Shown: positions 49,664-58,492 of the stretch, piece after piece | Position numbering within the stretch: the first letter of the stretch is position 1 | How the letters are laid out: each line of letters starts with the position of its first letter | DNA from: a virus | DNA: 64,000 nt | Direction: 5' to 3' (one strand) | IMG/VR virus record: IMGVR_UViG_3300007346_000025 | Coordinates: 8,793 to 72,792 of that record | Program-made: the position numbers and the translations under genes | Notes under the pieces: generated by a model | What the model saw: the letters and a program-made list of their open reading frames with translations, nothing else | Told to the model about the DNA's origin: nothing | The model's database searches: none

Positions 49664-50076
49664 TATTTAGCTGCCATTGTTTGCATGAATATTTCATGGT
49701 TGAGTATCTCATGTGCATAGTTCTTAGCAACTTTCCAGTATGCTTGGTTTACTTTGCTATACTCACCATGCTCTTCTAATCTGAGTTTTCTAAAGTTCTT
49801 GATGGATAATGTAACCATATGAAGATTATCTTGGTCTTCAGACTCAAGCATATGTATCATATTTTTTATCTCAACATCATTTATATAACCCATGTGTTTT
49901 AGCAACTGCAGTTCTGCCATATATACAAATGGTCGGAACATACCTGCTTTACTACCTTTATGGTACATATACCATAGATAATGTAGATTCTGATCTACAC
50001 CATCTGTAATGTTATAATGCTCTTCTGCAATCTGTGCAGAGAGTGATTCCATTTCTCTTCTAATATCTTTTTCCAT
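49663..50076 (-). CDS. hypothetical protein
   Basis: Probable start MEKDIRR at 50076; the longer ORF overlaps splB. Carries MLESEDQDNLH. Confidence 0.65.
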   Translation of the reverse strand: MEKDIRREMESLSAQIAEEHYNITDGVDQNLHYLWYMYHKGSKAGMFRPFVYMAELQLLKHMGYINDVEIKNMIHMLESEDQDNLHMVTLSIKNFRKLRLEEHGEYSKVNQAYWKVAKNYAHEILNHEIFMQTMAAK

Positions 50077-50077
50077 C

Positions 50078-50947
50078 TTAAAACATGTACCTAATTGTAT
50101 TCCACGGAAGTATTCCAGTGTGAATCTGTCTAAACTGATCAATGTATTGAGCTTTTCTTTTGTGCTCATACCTAACATTACTCCCTCCATATTGGGAAAT
50201 CTTAGCTTCTTGAATCTCAGGAGTCCAAAGAAATTCTTCACCAGGGATTTTATGTTCCACATTGTACTTGTGTTTTGCTTCATTATGTGTTAAAAAAATT
50301 ACCTCAGCTTTAACTCTATCATCAGCCCAACCATTTAATTTTGCTACTCTGTCTATAAGATTAAATAAAGACATGTAGCTCTGTAGCCAATTATCATGTA
50401 CAATGACAGGACTAAAGTTCAAATGAACTTCATATCCTGCATTTAGAAAAAGCTTCACAGCAAAAAGTCTGTCATATATATCTGCAGTATTAGGTTCTAG
50501 TATTCTTTGTAACTCTACAGGCATTATACTAAATCTAATTCTGATTTTACCTTCAGGATTAAAATCTAGTAGATCCTTATTAACACACTTAGTAGCAAAT
50601 GAACCCATAGCAAGTGGATGATCTCTAAAGAACTTAAAGATAGTCTTCCAATCATGATACTTAGCATGCAGAGCAAAGTCTTCATTACAAGAGATATCAT
50701 ATGTAATATACTCTCCTGTCTGATTTGGTTTGTCTACAGTAGCAAAGAATGCATGTGAATTTATTTCTGTCAGGATATCCGTGGTATTTGTTGCCACAGT
50801 TAGTCCTTCCGGTTTATTCCTCTTCATATAACAGTAACTACAGTTATACAAACAGCCATGACCAAAAGACGGAGCAATAAAGTCTGTGCTCCGTCCTGAG
50901 GGTCTAATAATCATACTCTTTCTTACAACCTCTTCTACAACACTCAT
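50078..50947 (-). CDS. splB: spore photoproduct lyase-like radical SAM enzyme
   Basis: GCLYNCSYCY (CxxxCxxC), DISCNED, FATK, RIRFS, HLNFSPVI. Confidence 0.85.
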   Translation of the reverse strand: MSVVEEVVRKSMIIRPSGRSTDFIAPSFGHGCLYNCSYCYMKRNKPEGLTVATNTTDILTEINSHAFFATVDKPNQTGEYITYDISCNEDFALHAKYHDWKTIFKFFRDHPLAMGSFATKCVNKDLLDFNPEGKIRIRFSIMPVELQRILEPNTADIYDRLFAVKLFLNAGYEVHLNFSPVIVHDNWLQSYMSLFNLIDRVAKLNGWADDRVKAEVIFLTHNEAKHKYNVEHKIPGEEFLWTPEIQEAKISQYGGSNVRYEHKRKAQYIDQFRQIHTGILPWNTIRYMF

Positions 50948-50993
50948 AATCTCTTAATCCGTTGCACTTTTCCTAACACTTCTGTAGAAAAGG

Positions 50994-51173
50994 TTATTTT
51001 AGAAAGTTAATATATGCTTGTGCAGATCTTTTTGTAATGTGCACAGAATCACTTCCTGATTTATTCTTTGCAGTTTTCCAGAAGAAACATAATACTCTCT
51101 TCTTCACAACATACCTGGTCTCATAACCATATTGCTCTTCTACAATTTTGTAGTTCTTTTTATTTACACTCAT
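50994..51173 (-). CDS. 59-aa basic hypothetical protein (not in ORF track)
   Basis: Manual translation MSVNKKNYKIVEEQYGYETRYVVKKRVLCFFWK... Confidence 0.55.
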   Translation of the reverse strand: MSVNKKNYKIVEEQYGYETRYVVKKRVLCFFWKTAKNKSGSDSVHITKRSAQAYINFLK

Positions 51174-51397
51174 AACTTAAAATATATAATTAAACAATAT
51201 ATAACCAAAGCCAATTCCGGCTGAAAAGTAAACAAGATTGTTTACCCATTTAGGATAATTTTCCATCATAGATCAAATATAAAGTGTATAATCAGACCCA
51301 ATGATACTACAGTAATTAATATCATTGTGCCTATAGCTGCTAGGTATTCTTTGTCTTTTCTGTCTTTCATTTTATTCTGATTTATCATTTCTATTAA

Positions 51398-51847
51398 CTA
51401 TATGTGGTAATTTTTACCCCTTTTCCTTTTTAGTTCGTGTTTTACTATTTCAAAAACTTTATAGGATTCCTCTTCTGCCCATGTAATTATATCTTCTTCA
51501 TCATCATGCATGTCAAAAGATTGATGCATTAACTCATGCATTATAAGACCAAAGGTTTCTATATCTGTTGTACATCTTGTAAGATTAATGTACACAAATT
51601 TAGGGTCACCTTTTTCATAAATACCATCTTCTTGTGGTGCATAATTACACCACCCTGCTATATAAGCACTATCTGGAGTATTATGGTATGCATTACATTC
51701 TACAAGAGATAGTCCATGCATTTCATCTACATTATAATAAGTAAATACATCACAAGGATTATAACTTAATAAAAGTATATAAGCTCCCCTAATTATTGTT
51801 ATCATTCTTTGAGTCTTTGTAATCAATAATAAAACCAATTGCCACAA
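51398..51847 (-). CDS. small zincin-like protein
   Basis: HELMH motif; true start probably the internal MITII. Confidence 0.55.
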   Translation of the reverse strand: MWQLVLLLITKTQRMITIIRGAYILLLSYNPCDVFTYYNVDEMHGLSLVECNAYHNTPDSAYIAGWCNYAPQEDGIYEKGDPKFVYINLTRCTTDIETFGLIMHELMHQSFDMHDDEEDIITWAEEESYKVFEIVKHELKRKRGKNYHI

Positions 51848-51989
51848 TTATATTCATACCAAAGGACATTATAATCTCATGTATATCTTCATAAACTGTT
51901 GTCATTAGATGTACATGACCTACCATCCAAAAAGGTATGGACAAGTTTTGGCTTATCCATACCACTGTGTATTTAATAAAATGTTTCAT
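51789..51989 (-). CDS. small membrane protein
   Basis: 66 aa with two hydrophobic stretches. Confidence 0.55.
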   Translation of the reverse strand: MKHFIKYTVVWISQNLSIPFWMVGHVHLMTTVYEDIHEIIMSFGMNIIVAIGFIIDYKDSKNDNNN

Positions 51990-52004
51990 TAGTCACCTTC
52001 TTCA

Positions 52005-52271
52005 TTATTCACCCTTAAGAATGATTTTAGTTTCTGCTCTTTTAAATTGGTTGTCCCAATATTCTTTAGTTTGAGCAGCCTTTGTAATCTCTCTTGGGTT
52101 CTCTTGTTTAATCTTGAAAACTCTAATTTTCTCTTGTTCTCTCTCATACTCTTGCCAGTTATAGATTCTTAACTCTTTCATTCTTGCTACATCTGCAATA
52201 GTAAGTTCTTCTGGAATCTTGCCATCATTGGCTTCCATGATTTCCATATAATACTCTTTCATTCTTCCCAT
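52005..52271 (-). CDS. hypothetical protein
   Basis: 88 aa, MGRMKE start common in phages. Confidence 0.65.
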   Translation of the reverse strand: MGRMKEYYMEIMEANDGKIPEELTIADVARMKELRIYNWQEYEREQEKIRVFKIKQENPREITKAAQTKEYWDNQFKRAETKIILKGE

Positions 52272-52714
52272 AACTTCATAGATTTTTTAAGTAAAGTTTT
52301 AATTGTTGTAGATATCTTATCATCTCCCATAACATCACCATATGCTTTTATTTTTTTATATGTCTTGATGTCAAGGGATAAAACTACTGTAGTTCCTCTT
52401 CTTAATTTGTTTGCTGAAGAAGGAAAGTCATAGGGAAACCTTTGAATAAACTCACAAGCATTTGCTGTAAAAGTAATATCATTATAACTTAATAAGTTAT
52501 AAGCATGTGCTTTACTTGCACGTACAGTAGAATCATCTATATTAAATAGATCTGCTATGTACTGTGATCTCTTACCATACTTATAATGTAATAGTCCAAT
52601 TAAATAGTTTCTCTTATCAAGATACCCTCTCTCACGTTTCTTCTTAGATGTTCTATTTTGAGCAGCTAAGATCCGACATTCTTCAAGAATATCTTCTAAT
52701 TTATAATCTTCCAT
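52259..52714 (-). CDS. DnaA domain IV-like HTH DNA-binding protein
   Basis: R...YL....IADLFNIDDSTV resembles the DnaA C-terminal HTH. Confidence 0.55.
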   Translation of the reverse strand: MEDYKLEDILEECRILAAQNRTSKKKRERGYLDKRNYLIGLLHYKYGKRSQYIADLFNIDDSTVRASKAHAYNLLSYNDITFTANACEFIQRFPYDFPSSANKLRRGTTVVLSLDIKTYKKIKAYGDVMGDDKISTTIKTLLKKSMKLWEE

Positions 52715-52719
52715 AATTT

Positions 52720-52995
52720 TTAAATTAAATCTAGATCAGCTTCTAATACTTCTGGTTCTTCTTCTTGTAGTTCATAAACTCTTAGGTCTAATGGAATGAA
52801 CCTATCTGCATCATAGTACTCATAGGGAAAACAATCAGCAGACATTTGTACTTCTTTAAGAAGTACTCCATGTTTACCATTCTGTAATCCCATTTGTACT
52901 ATTTTAATAATAGTATATACTTCACCTTCTTTTATCCACTGTTCTACAGGGACTTTAGCAGGTTTATTAGTACTATCAATGCATATCACCCTCAT
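52720..52995 (-). CDS. hypothetical protein
   Basis: 91 aa, VICID...GEVYT...RF pattern. Confidence 0.65.
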   Translation of the reverse strand: MRVICIDSTNKPAKVPVEQWIKEGEVYTIIKIVQMGLQNGKHGVLLKEVQMSADCFPYEYYDADRFIPLDLRVYELQEEEPEVLEADLDLI

Positions 52996-53230
52996 AAGGT
53001 TCCATTTTAACTTTTAAATCTACTTTCTCAAGGAATTCTCTCATAGTTTCAATTTGTGCCCAACAACCATATTTTATTGTACACTGACCAGCTAGATCAG
53101 CTACAAGTGCACACTGTTCTGCTTGTATTGGTTCATGACCACAGAATTTAATGAGACAAGCTATAACATAATCTATACTATGTTCATCATCATTAAATAG
53201 TATTAACTTATGATCTTCAGGTAGTTCCAT
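52976..53230 (-). CDS. clpS: ClpS N-degron adaptor
   Basis: LILFNDDEHSIDYV..CL...QAEQCA...G.C.IK.G, Bacteroidota type. Confidence 0.85.
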   Translation of the reverse strand: MELPEDHKLILFNDDEHSIDYVIACLIKFCGHEPIQAEQCALVADLAGQCTIKYGCWAQIETMREFLEKVDLKVKMEPYEGDMH

Positions 53231-53240
53231 AACTGCTAAT

Positions 53241-54332
53241 TTACAATTTTACTCCGTAATCTTTCCAAATAATCTTACTCTCATCAAAAGACTCTAGTGC
53301 TTCTTTAACCCATCTTTCATCTACAGTACCCTTATAACATAGTATATGTACAATAGCTTTTTCATCAGGATTAAGTCTCAAAAGTCTTCCAATTCTCTGA
53401 CTTGCTTTTCTTTCATTACCATAAGCATGCATAATAATACCTTGTCTTAATTGAGGAATATTAACACCTTCATTTAACTGTAGTACACATGATAGCTTAT
53501 TAATTCTACCTTCTTTAAATGCAATAAGATTATCTTCAGAATTACTATTACCACTATGATAACTAAATCTGCAAAGTCTGTCAGCCTGTTCTTGAGTATT
53601 AGCAAACACAATACACTTAGTATTAATGCTTTCCATTAATTTTTTAGTGTATTTTTCTTTACTTGGATACTCCATCATGGCCTTCATTCTCATTACTCTT
53701 AGCATCTGAATGGGACCTTGACCCATATCTATTCTACCACCCCAGTACTGATAATTCAATTTTTCTGAAGTAACAAAAGATTTAGTCTTCATATCTACTT
53801 GATAGTTCTTTGCTTCATCTAACTTAAGCTCATGTACAATAATTTGGTAATCATTAATGATTCCATTATCAATTGCATCATCAGCTTTAAAGGTATAGAC
53901 TACAGGACAGAACTGTGCTACCATTATTCCCTTCTCAGAGCTTTTATGTTTAGGTGGTGTACCTGTTAAACCCAGGATCCCACCTTTGTACAGATCAAGA
54001 AAAACTCTATGAGAGTCAAGAAGTGAATGGCACTCATCAAGATAGATATAGTCATACTCATTTGGATCACGTTTAGGTAGACCAATATAGGTAGAAAAAG
54101 TAATTCTTTTTAGCAAATCTTCTTTACCAAATTTTACAGCATCATCAGACCAGGACTGAAAAATAGATTTCTTAGGAGCTACTACTAATACGTTGTGTAG
54201 CTCATTAGTATTATTTTCAATATGTAATAGCCCAACAAGAGTCTTACCAACTCCTGTTCCTAATACTACTGAACACCTTCTTCTTCCTTCAGTTGCCTTT
54301 AATGCTTCTTCTTGAATCTCTTCTCTTGTCAT
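53241..54332 (-). CDS. superfamily 2 DExH helicase
   Basis: GTGVGKT, DECH, GLTGT, EGVNIP, QRIGRLLR. Confidence 0.9.
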   Translation of the reverse strand: MTREEIQEEALKATEGRRRCSVVLGTGVGKTLVGLLHIENNTNELHNVLVVAPKKSIFQSWSDDAVKFGKEDLLKRITFSTYIGLPKRDPNEYDYIYLDECHSLLDSHRVFLDLYKGGILGLTGTPPKHKSSEKGIMVAQFCPVVYTFKADDAIDNGIINDYQIIVHELKLDEAKNYQVDMKTKSFVTSEKLNYQYWGGRIDMGQGPIQMLRVMRMKAMMEYPSKEKYTKKLMESINTKCIVFANTQEQADRLCRFSYHSGNSNSEDNLIAFKEGRINKLSCVLQLNEGVNIPQLRQGIIMHAYGNERKASQRIGRLLRLNPDEKAIVHILCYKGTVDERWVKEALESFDESKIIWKDYGVKL

Positions 54333-54550
54333 TTTTCAAGTGCTTTTTGTTCTGCTCTCATTTTAAGTTTAACATCAGTTGCAATATGATCTTTAACTAT
54401 AAATGATTTTTCATTTAATTTAACTAACCAACTATTTGGTAACCAAATTTGTATTCTAGGTATAATCTCAAATAGAGTTGCTTTATCTGTTTTCTTTACA
54501 ATTCTTTTAAAAGAAAACTTACTATACCCTTGTTCATAATAACGTCTCAT
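54329..54550 (-). CDS. hypothetical protein
   Basis: 73 aa, TDKATL...WLP.S. Confidence 0.6.
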   Translation of the reverse strand: MRRYYEQGYSKFSFKRIVKKTDKATLFEIIPRIQIWLPNSWLVKLNEKSFIVKDHIATDVKLKMRAEQKALEK

Positions 54551-54555
54551 TATAA

Positions 54556-54966
54556 CTATTTTAAATAACCAAGTATTCTAGCCTCTTCAGGATGTTCATG
54601 AACCCAATTGTGACAAACTCTACAAGTAGCTTTCCAGGTAGATTGAACTAAATAGAAAGCATCTCTGTTGGAACCGGCATATGTATGGTGTACATCAGTA
54701 GCACCATTCATACAACCGGCAACAGAGATCTGACATATTGGATTCTCAGTAAGAAACCTTTCTCTTAACTTAAGATACTCAGCATCCTTCTTCTTTCTTT
54801 TAGAAGAAACCTGAGGGACTACAGAACGTTTGGTTGGTTTCTGTGAAATCTCTTTACTATTGTGGCAACTCCAGCAAAGTTTACAGTATCTGAATCCCTC
54901 ATGGTTCTTCCATATTTGTGATAGTTTGCCACAACCATCACATTCTTTTAGTTTAACCTTTATCAT
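54556..54966 (-). CDS. HNH endonuclease with N-terminal zinc ribbon
   Basis: CDGC/CKLC pairs; CQ....C...ATDVHH...CRVCHNWVH. Confidence 0.8.
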   Translation of the reverse strand: MIKVKLKECDGCGKLSQIWKNHEGFRYCKLCWSCHNSKEISQKPTKRSVVPQVSSKRKKKDAEYLKLRERFLTENPICQISVAGCMNGATDVHHTYAGSNRDAFYLVQSTWKATCRVCHNWVHEHPEEARILGYLK

Positions 54967-55468
54967 TTTTAAGTCTTGGTAGTGCTAATGGAGCATCTTT
55001 TAAATCCAAAAAGTTTTTTGGTAAGATTCCTTCAGCAATAAAGATAGTAATAATATCTTTCTTTTCAATACCTAAATCTTTAAAAGTTAAAGTGTTCTTG
55101 AACTTCTCATCTGTCTCATTATCAGCCAATAAGAACTGTGTAATTGGACTTTTTGGAAACAATTTCTCAAAGATTAAGTTAGAATATTTAATGGTTACTT
55201 GCTGTTTAAACTTATTAAGTGTAACTTGAGCACGTTTGTAAACATTAATTATTCTCTGTTTTTTCTTACTACACATTGTAGCAAGTTCTTTCTCTGTAAG
55301 TGCACTCAGACCATAGAGTGCTCTCTTATAGAGGTAATTCTGATAGGCAGTATAACCATCAGATTCATATTGTACATAGGTTTTACCTGCATACAATTGG
55401 TAATCTCTTACCTGTTTTTTAAGCTTTTCCATAATATACATTTTTAAAATCATAAAAAAAGGGGCCAT
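54953..55468 (-). CDS. hypothetical protein
   Basis: About 160 aa; true start probably downstream of the terminator near 55455. Confidence 0.65.
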   Translation of the reverse strand: MAPFFMILKMYIMEKLKKQVRDYQLYAGKTYVQYESDGYTAYQNYLYKRALYGLSALTEKELATMCSKKKQRIINVYKRAQVTLNKFKQQVTIKYSNLIFEKLFPKSPITQFLLADNETDEKFKNTLTFKDLGIEKKDIITIFIAEGILPKNFLDLKDAPLALPRLKNDKG

Positions 55469-55484
55469 TTTTTTGACCCCTTTT
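55454..55484 (-). terminator. intrinsic terminator
   Basis: GGGG/CCCC hairpin flanked by A and T tracts. Confidence 0.65.
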
Positions 55485-55502
55485 ATTAACTAACAAATCT
55501 AA

Positions 55503-55982
55503 TTAAATATCAAATTCTTCTCCTTGTGCAGATTTAACTGCATTAGAATTTGTAACCTTAGAAGCATCATAAGCAGCACGTAATTCATCAACATTATCAT
55601 GTTGAATAAATGTATCTTGTCCGTTAGATGATACAGAATAATAAGTTCTACGGTAAATAGGATTACCTTCAAATTTACATACAATACCTGTGTCACCTGC
55701 TATTTTAAGGTCACGTTCAGGGTTTTTAGAATTAAATGGTTCAAGTGATTCTTTAATTAGAATGTTACCAGGTAATTCTTGACCCATATAAAAGTTCATT
55801 TGCTCTAATTCATCTACAGTACTGTGAATTAATGTGCTAATTACTTTTCTTTTTAAGAAATTATTATCATCAATAATACTTCTTACTTGTTCTAATCTTA
55901 CATAACCGTATTCTGAGTTATCAGAAACAACAATAACAGATTTAGTTGCTGAATCACCAGCAACGGTAACTTTTGAATTCAT
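55503..55982 (-). CDS. hypothetical beta-rich protein, possible ssDNA-binding
   Basis: 159 aa ending EEFDI. Confidence 0.55.
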   Translation of the reverse strand: MNSKVTVAGDSATKSVIVVSDNSEYGYVRLEQVRSIIDDNNFLKRKVISTLIHSTVDELEQMNFYMGQELPGNILIKESLEPFNSKNPERDLKIAGDTGIVCKFEGNPIYRRTYYSVSSNGQDTFIQHDNVDELRAAYDASKVTNSNAVKSAQGEEFDI

Positions 55983-56082
55983 AATTTTAAGTGATTAATA
56001 AGTAAATAATAAATAGATTGTGAGTAGGAAATACTATAAGCTTATCTACTCAAATAAGCTTAAGTTTTATTGCAAAGCAATA

Positions 56083-56349
56083 TTATACATCTAGGTTTTC
56101 TGTTAAATCAATGATGTCATCAAATGAAACACTGTCATCCGGAATGTTATCTAACTCTTCATCTGATGAAACATAATCAAAATCATATTTTTTATTTTGT
56201 TTAGTTTCTACTGCAGATGCAAAAAATGGATCAACTAAATGTTCCCCAAAATCAATAGACATCAAATATTGTATATCTAAATCAGTAAGTTCAAGATATT
56301 GATCAATAGTTATACTAATGACTTTTCCGTTAGGTAATTGATATAACAT
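56083..56349 (-). CDS. acidic hypothetical protein
   Basis: 88 aa, MLYQLPNGKVI. Confidence 0.65.
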   Translation of the reverse strand: MLYQLPNGKVISITIDQYLELTDLDIQYLMSIDFGEHLVDPFFASAVETKQNKKYDFDYVSSDEELDNIPDDSVSFDDIIDLTENLDV

Positions 56350-56432
56350 TATTTACTTTGAGTAAATATACGTTATTATATTACTTAAGTTTGTATAGTT
56401 AAAATAAAAATATTTAACTATATAGCTAAACA

Positions 56433-56466
56433 AGAATAAAGGGGCCCGAAGACCCCTGTTTATTCT
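56433..56466. terminator. hairpin, probable terminator
   Basis: AGAATAAAGGGG-CCCGAAGA-CCCCTGTTTATTCT inverted repeat. Confidence 0.6.
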
Positions 56467-56501
56467 TTGGTCAGGAAAAGCATATCAACAGATATACTAT
56501 C

Positions 56502-56930
56502 TTAAAACTCTTCAATTACTGCTATAATATCTTTATAACTAATGAATCCAGACTCTTCATATTTATTACCATTCTCATCTACATTAGTAAACTTGACGTA
56601 ATAAGTAGTAGAATCATGAAATCCCCTAAATTCTTTGATTACTGCAATACAGTTACCATTTTCATCAAGAAGACCATGTTCTTTCATTAGTTCTTGTCTA
56701 ACTTTATAGGTAATACCAACTGGTGAAACTTTAATAAGTGTACCTTCAGGTAATACTGTAGGTGCTATATCTCCAAGATAGGTCTTAAAGAATATATTAG
56801 ATGCTTCACTAGAGTAACCAATATGATTTGATAGAAATTTAGCTATCTCATCTGCATTTGTATGTTTGATAATACCTTTCAGAGCATTATACAAATCAGT
56901 TTCTGTAAGTTCTAATTGAATCTTAGTCAT
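56502..56930 (-). CDS. hypothetical protein
   Basis: 142 aa, co-oriented, overlapping its neighbour. Confidence 0.65.
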   Translation of the reverse strand: MTKIQLELTETDLYNALKGIIKHTNADEIAKFLSNHIGYSSEASNIFFKTYLGDIAPTVLPEGTLIKVSPVGITYKVRQELMKEHGLLDENGNCIAVIKEFRGFHDSTTYYVKFTNVDENGNKYEESGFISYKDIIAVIEEF

Positions 56931-57135
56931 TTATCCTCCTATAATCTCTAATCTTGTTCAACAATTGGTCATTAAAATTTGTAAACCATTTCTGACCACC
57001 AATTTTTGTTCCCACACTGGGTGTACCTACAATCTCAGAAGAAACTATTTTTGCACCCATTTTTACGGGATTACCATCATTATCTTTAAGGTCAATATCC
57101 ATATTGAACCCTAAAACTGAATCAATAGTTTTCAT
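56923..57135 (-). CDS. hypothetical protein
   Basis: 70 aa, coupled overlaps on both sides. Confidence 0.6.
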   Translation of the reverse strand: MKTIDSVLGFNMDIDLKDNDGNPVKMGAKIVSSEIVGTPSVGTKIGGQKWFTNFNDQLLNKIRDYRRIND

Positions 57136-57451
57136 TATCTAAGTGTCTTCTAAATAATTGATAAATACTATCACCAGTTTGTATTTCTGAATATCTCTCA
57201 AATACAATTGTAGCTACTATAACTTCATTAATGTGTTTACATCTTTCAACAATGTATTGATAAGACTGGTGTTTTTTCTCAGCAATTCTATATGCTTCTT
57301 GACAAAACTTGACAATCTCATTTCTACGTTCATCAATGATACCTAGAGTAGTCCACATATCATCTGTTGTATCATCAATGATGCACAACTTGAGCTCTGA
57401 TGAGCTCTCTAATCTTTTCTTTCTGTTAAATAGTTTTCCTAACCACTTCAT
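57122..57451 (-). CDS. hypothetical protein
   Basis: 109 aa. Confidence 0.6.
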   Translation of the reverse strand: MKWLGKLFNRKKRLESSSELKLCIIDDTTDDMWTTLGIIDERRNEIVKFCQEAYRIAEKKHQSYQYIVERCKHINEVIVATIVFERYSEIQTGDSIYQLFRRHLDNENY

Positions 57452-57482
57452 AATCAGACTTTTAAGTTAATAATAAAATAAT

Positions 57483-57504
57483 AAAAAACCCCTATTTCTA
57501 GGGG
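57483..57504 (-). terminator. intrinsic terminator immediately 3' of the tRNA
   Basis: On the - strand: CCCCTA-GAAA-TAGGGG-TTTTTT. Confidence 0.8.
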
Positions 57505-57507
57505 CTC

Positions 57508-57582
57508 TGGTAGTTCCACCAGGACTCGAACCTGGAATAGAAGCTTAGAAGGCTACTGTTATATCCCTTTAACTATGGAACT
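57508..57582 (-). tRNA. tRNA-Arg(TCT) with encoded CCA
   Basis: AGTTCCA/TGGAACT acceptor stem, GTTA/TAAC D-stem, anticodon loop CT-TCT-AA (one stem mismatch), CCAGG-TTCGAGT-CCTGG T-arm, ACCA end. Confidence 0.92.
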
Positions 57583-57589
57583 ATAACTA

Positions 57590-57853
57590 CTATGATAATA
57601 CCATATAAACAAACATAGCAGTAGCAAATATAATAAATCCTAACAACATCCAACGGAGTGGTAGCATTCTTTCTCTAAACTCTAGTTCTTCAATCTCTCT
57701 ATCAATCATATACTCAGTAAACTGTATATCATTTAAATAGTGAGCCTTTACATCTGGATCCATTTCTGAATGATGTAGTTCTGCTTCTTCCCATTTACAG
57801 CTCTCTTTTTTCTGTAATAATCTCTTGATGTATGCTTTCCTTGACAATAACAT
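57590..57853 (-). CDS. hypothetical protein with C-terminal TM helix
   Basis: WMLLGFIIFATAMFVYMVLS. Confidence 0.65.
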   Translation of the reverse strand: MLLSRKAYIKRLLQKKESCKWEEAELHHSEMDPDVKAHYLNDIQFTEYMIDREIEELEFRERMLPLRWMLLGFIIFATAMFVYMVLS

Positions 57854-57858
57854 AACTA

Positions 57859-58170
57859 CTAAATTAAATCAAGATTAGCAGAACTATTATCTGCAATAAA
57901 TAAATCTAACAAAGCTGCTTTTTGCTCCATTAGTCTTTCTATCTTAGCATCAAGTTTTAGATCATTAAGATCTCTAATAAAAGAGCTCACTTGACCAAGT
58001 TGGATAAAACCTTCAAGAGCTCTACCAAATTTACCATTATCCCAATTAATAACAGTAGGATATTTTGTGTTAAGTTTCAAAGCTTGACTTTGAGATATCT
58101 TAACATTAAGTTTTACAAGGATAACACCACCAAAGGCAGTATATCCAAAAGGAATTACATTTCTAGACAT
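57859..58170 (-). CDS. hypothetical protein
   Basis: 103 aa, early region. Confidence 0.6.
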   Translation of the reverse strand: MSRNVIPFGYTAFGGVILVKLNVKISQSQALKLNTKYPTVINWDNGKFGRALEGFIQLGQVSSFIRDLNDLKLDAKIERLMEQKAALLDLFIADNSSANLDLI

Positions 58171-58203
58171 AATCAGAATAAATTAAATTGTTAAATAAAA
58201 AAT

Positions 58204-58287
58204 GTGACTGTCTAGGCACCACAGACTCTTACCTATTCCCAGGACGACCAGTCACCAGTCGTAAAAGCATACTCATTCTACGTAAGA
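58204..58287 (-). ncRNA. structured RNA candidate with possible pseudoknot
   Basis: TCTTAC/GTAAGA and ACGAC/GTCGT stems, GTCT/AGAC hairpin, GTGACTG/CAGTCAC alternative pairing. Confidence 0.4.
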
Positions 58288-58452
58288 TTATTCCTCTTCA
58301 TCCCAATCATAAAAAGATTCTTGAAGTTGTGAATAACAGTCAAAACATTGAAACCAGTTACCATTTTGTTGGTCTCTTATTTCTATGTAAGACTCTTCAG
58401 TATCTGCTATGTTTATACTACAACTACCGCAGATTAGTTCATTTTCTTTCAT
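58288..58452 (-). CDS. small zinc-ribbon protein
   Basis: MKENELICGSC...CFDC. Start moved to MKENE because the longer ORF runs into the twister-like element. Confidence 0.55.
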   Translation of the reverse strand: MKENELICGSCSINIADTEESYIEIRDQQNGNWFQCFDCYSQLQESFYDWDEEE

Positions 58453-58492
58453 AATAATAGTTTTAGATAGTTTAAAGAATAGTTTAAATAAA

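Noticed and set aside
57440-57507. Theta (HDV-like) ribozyme 3' of the tRNA
   Set aside because: The tRNA encodes CCA and is followed directly by a simple terminator; no nested double pseudoknot is visible.
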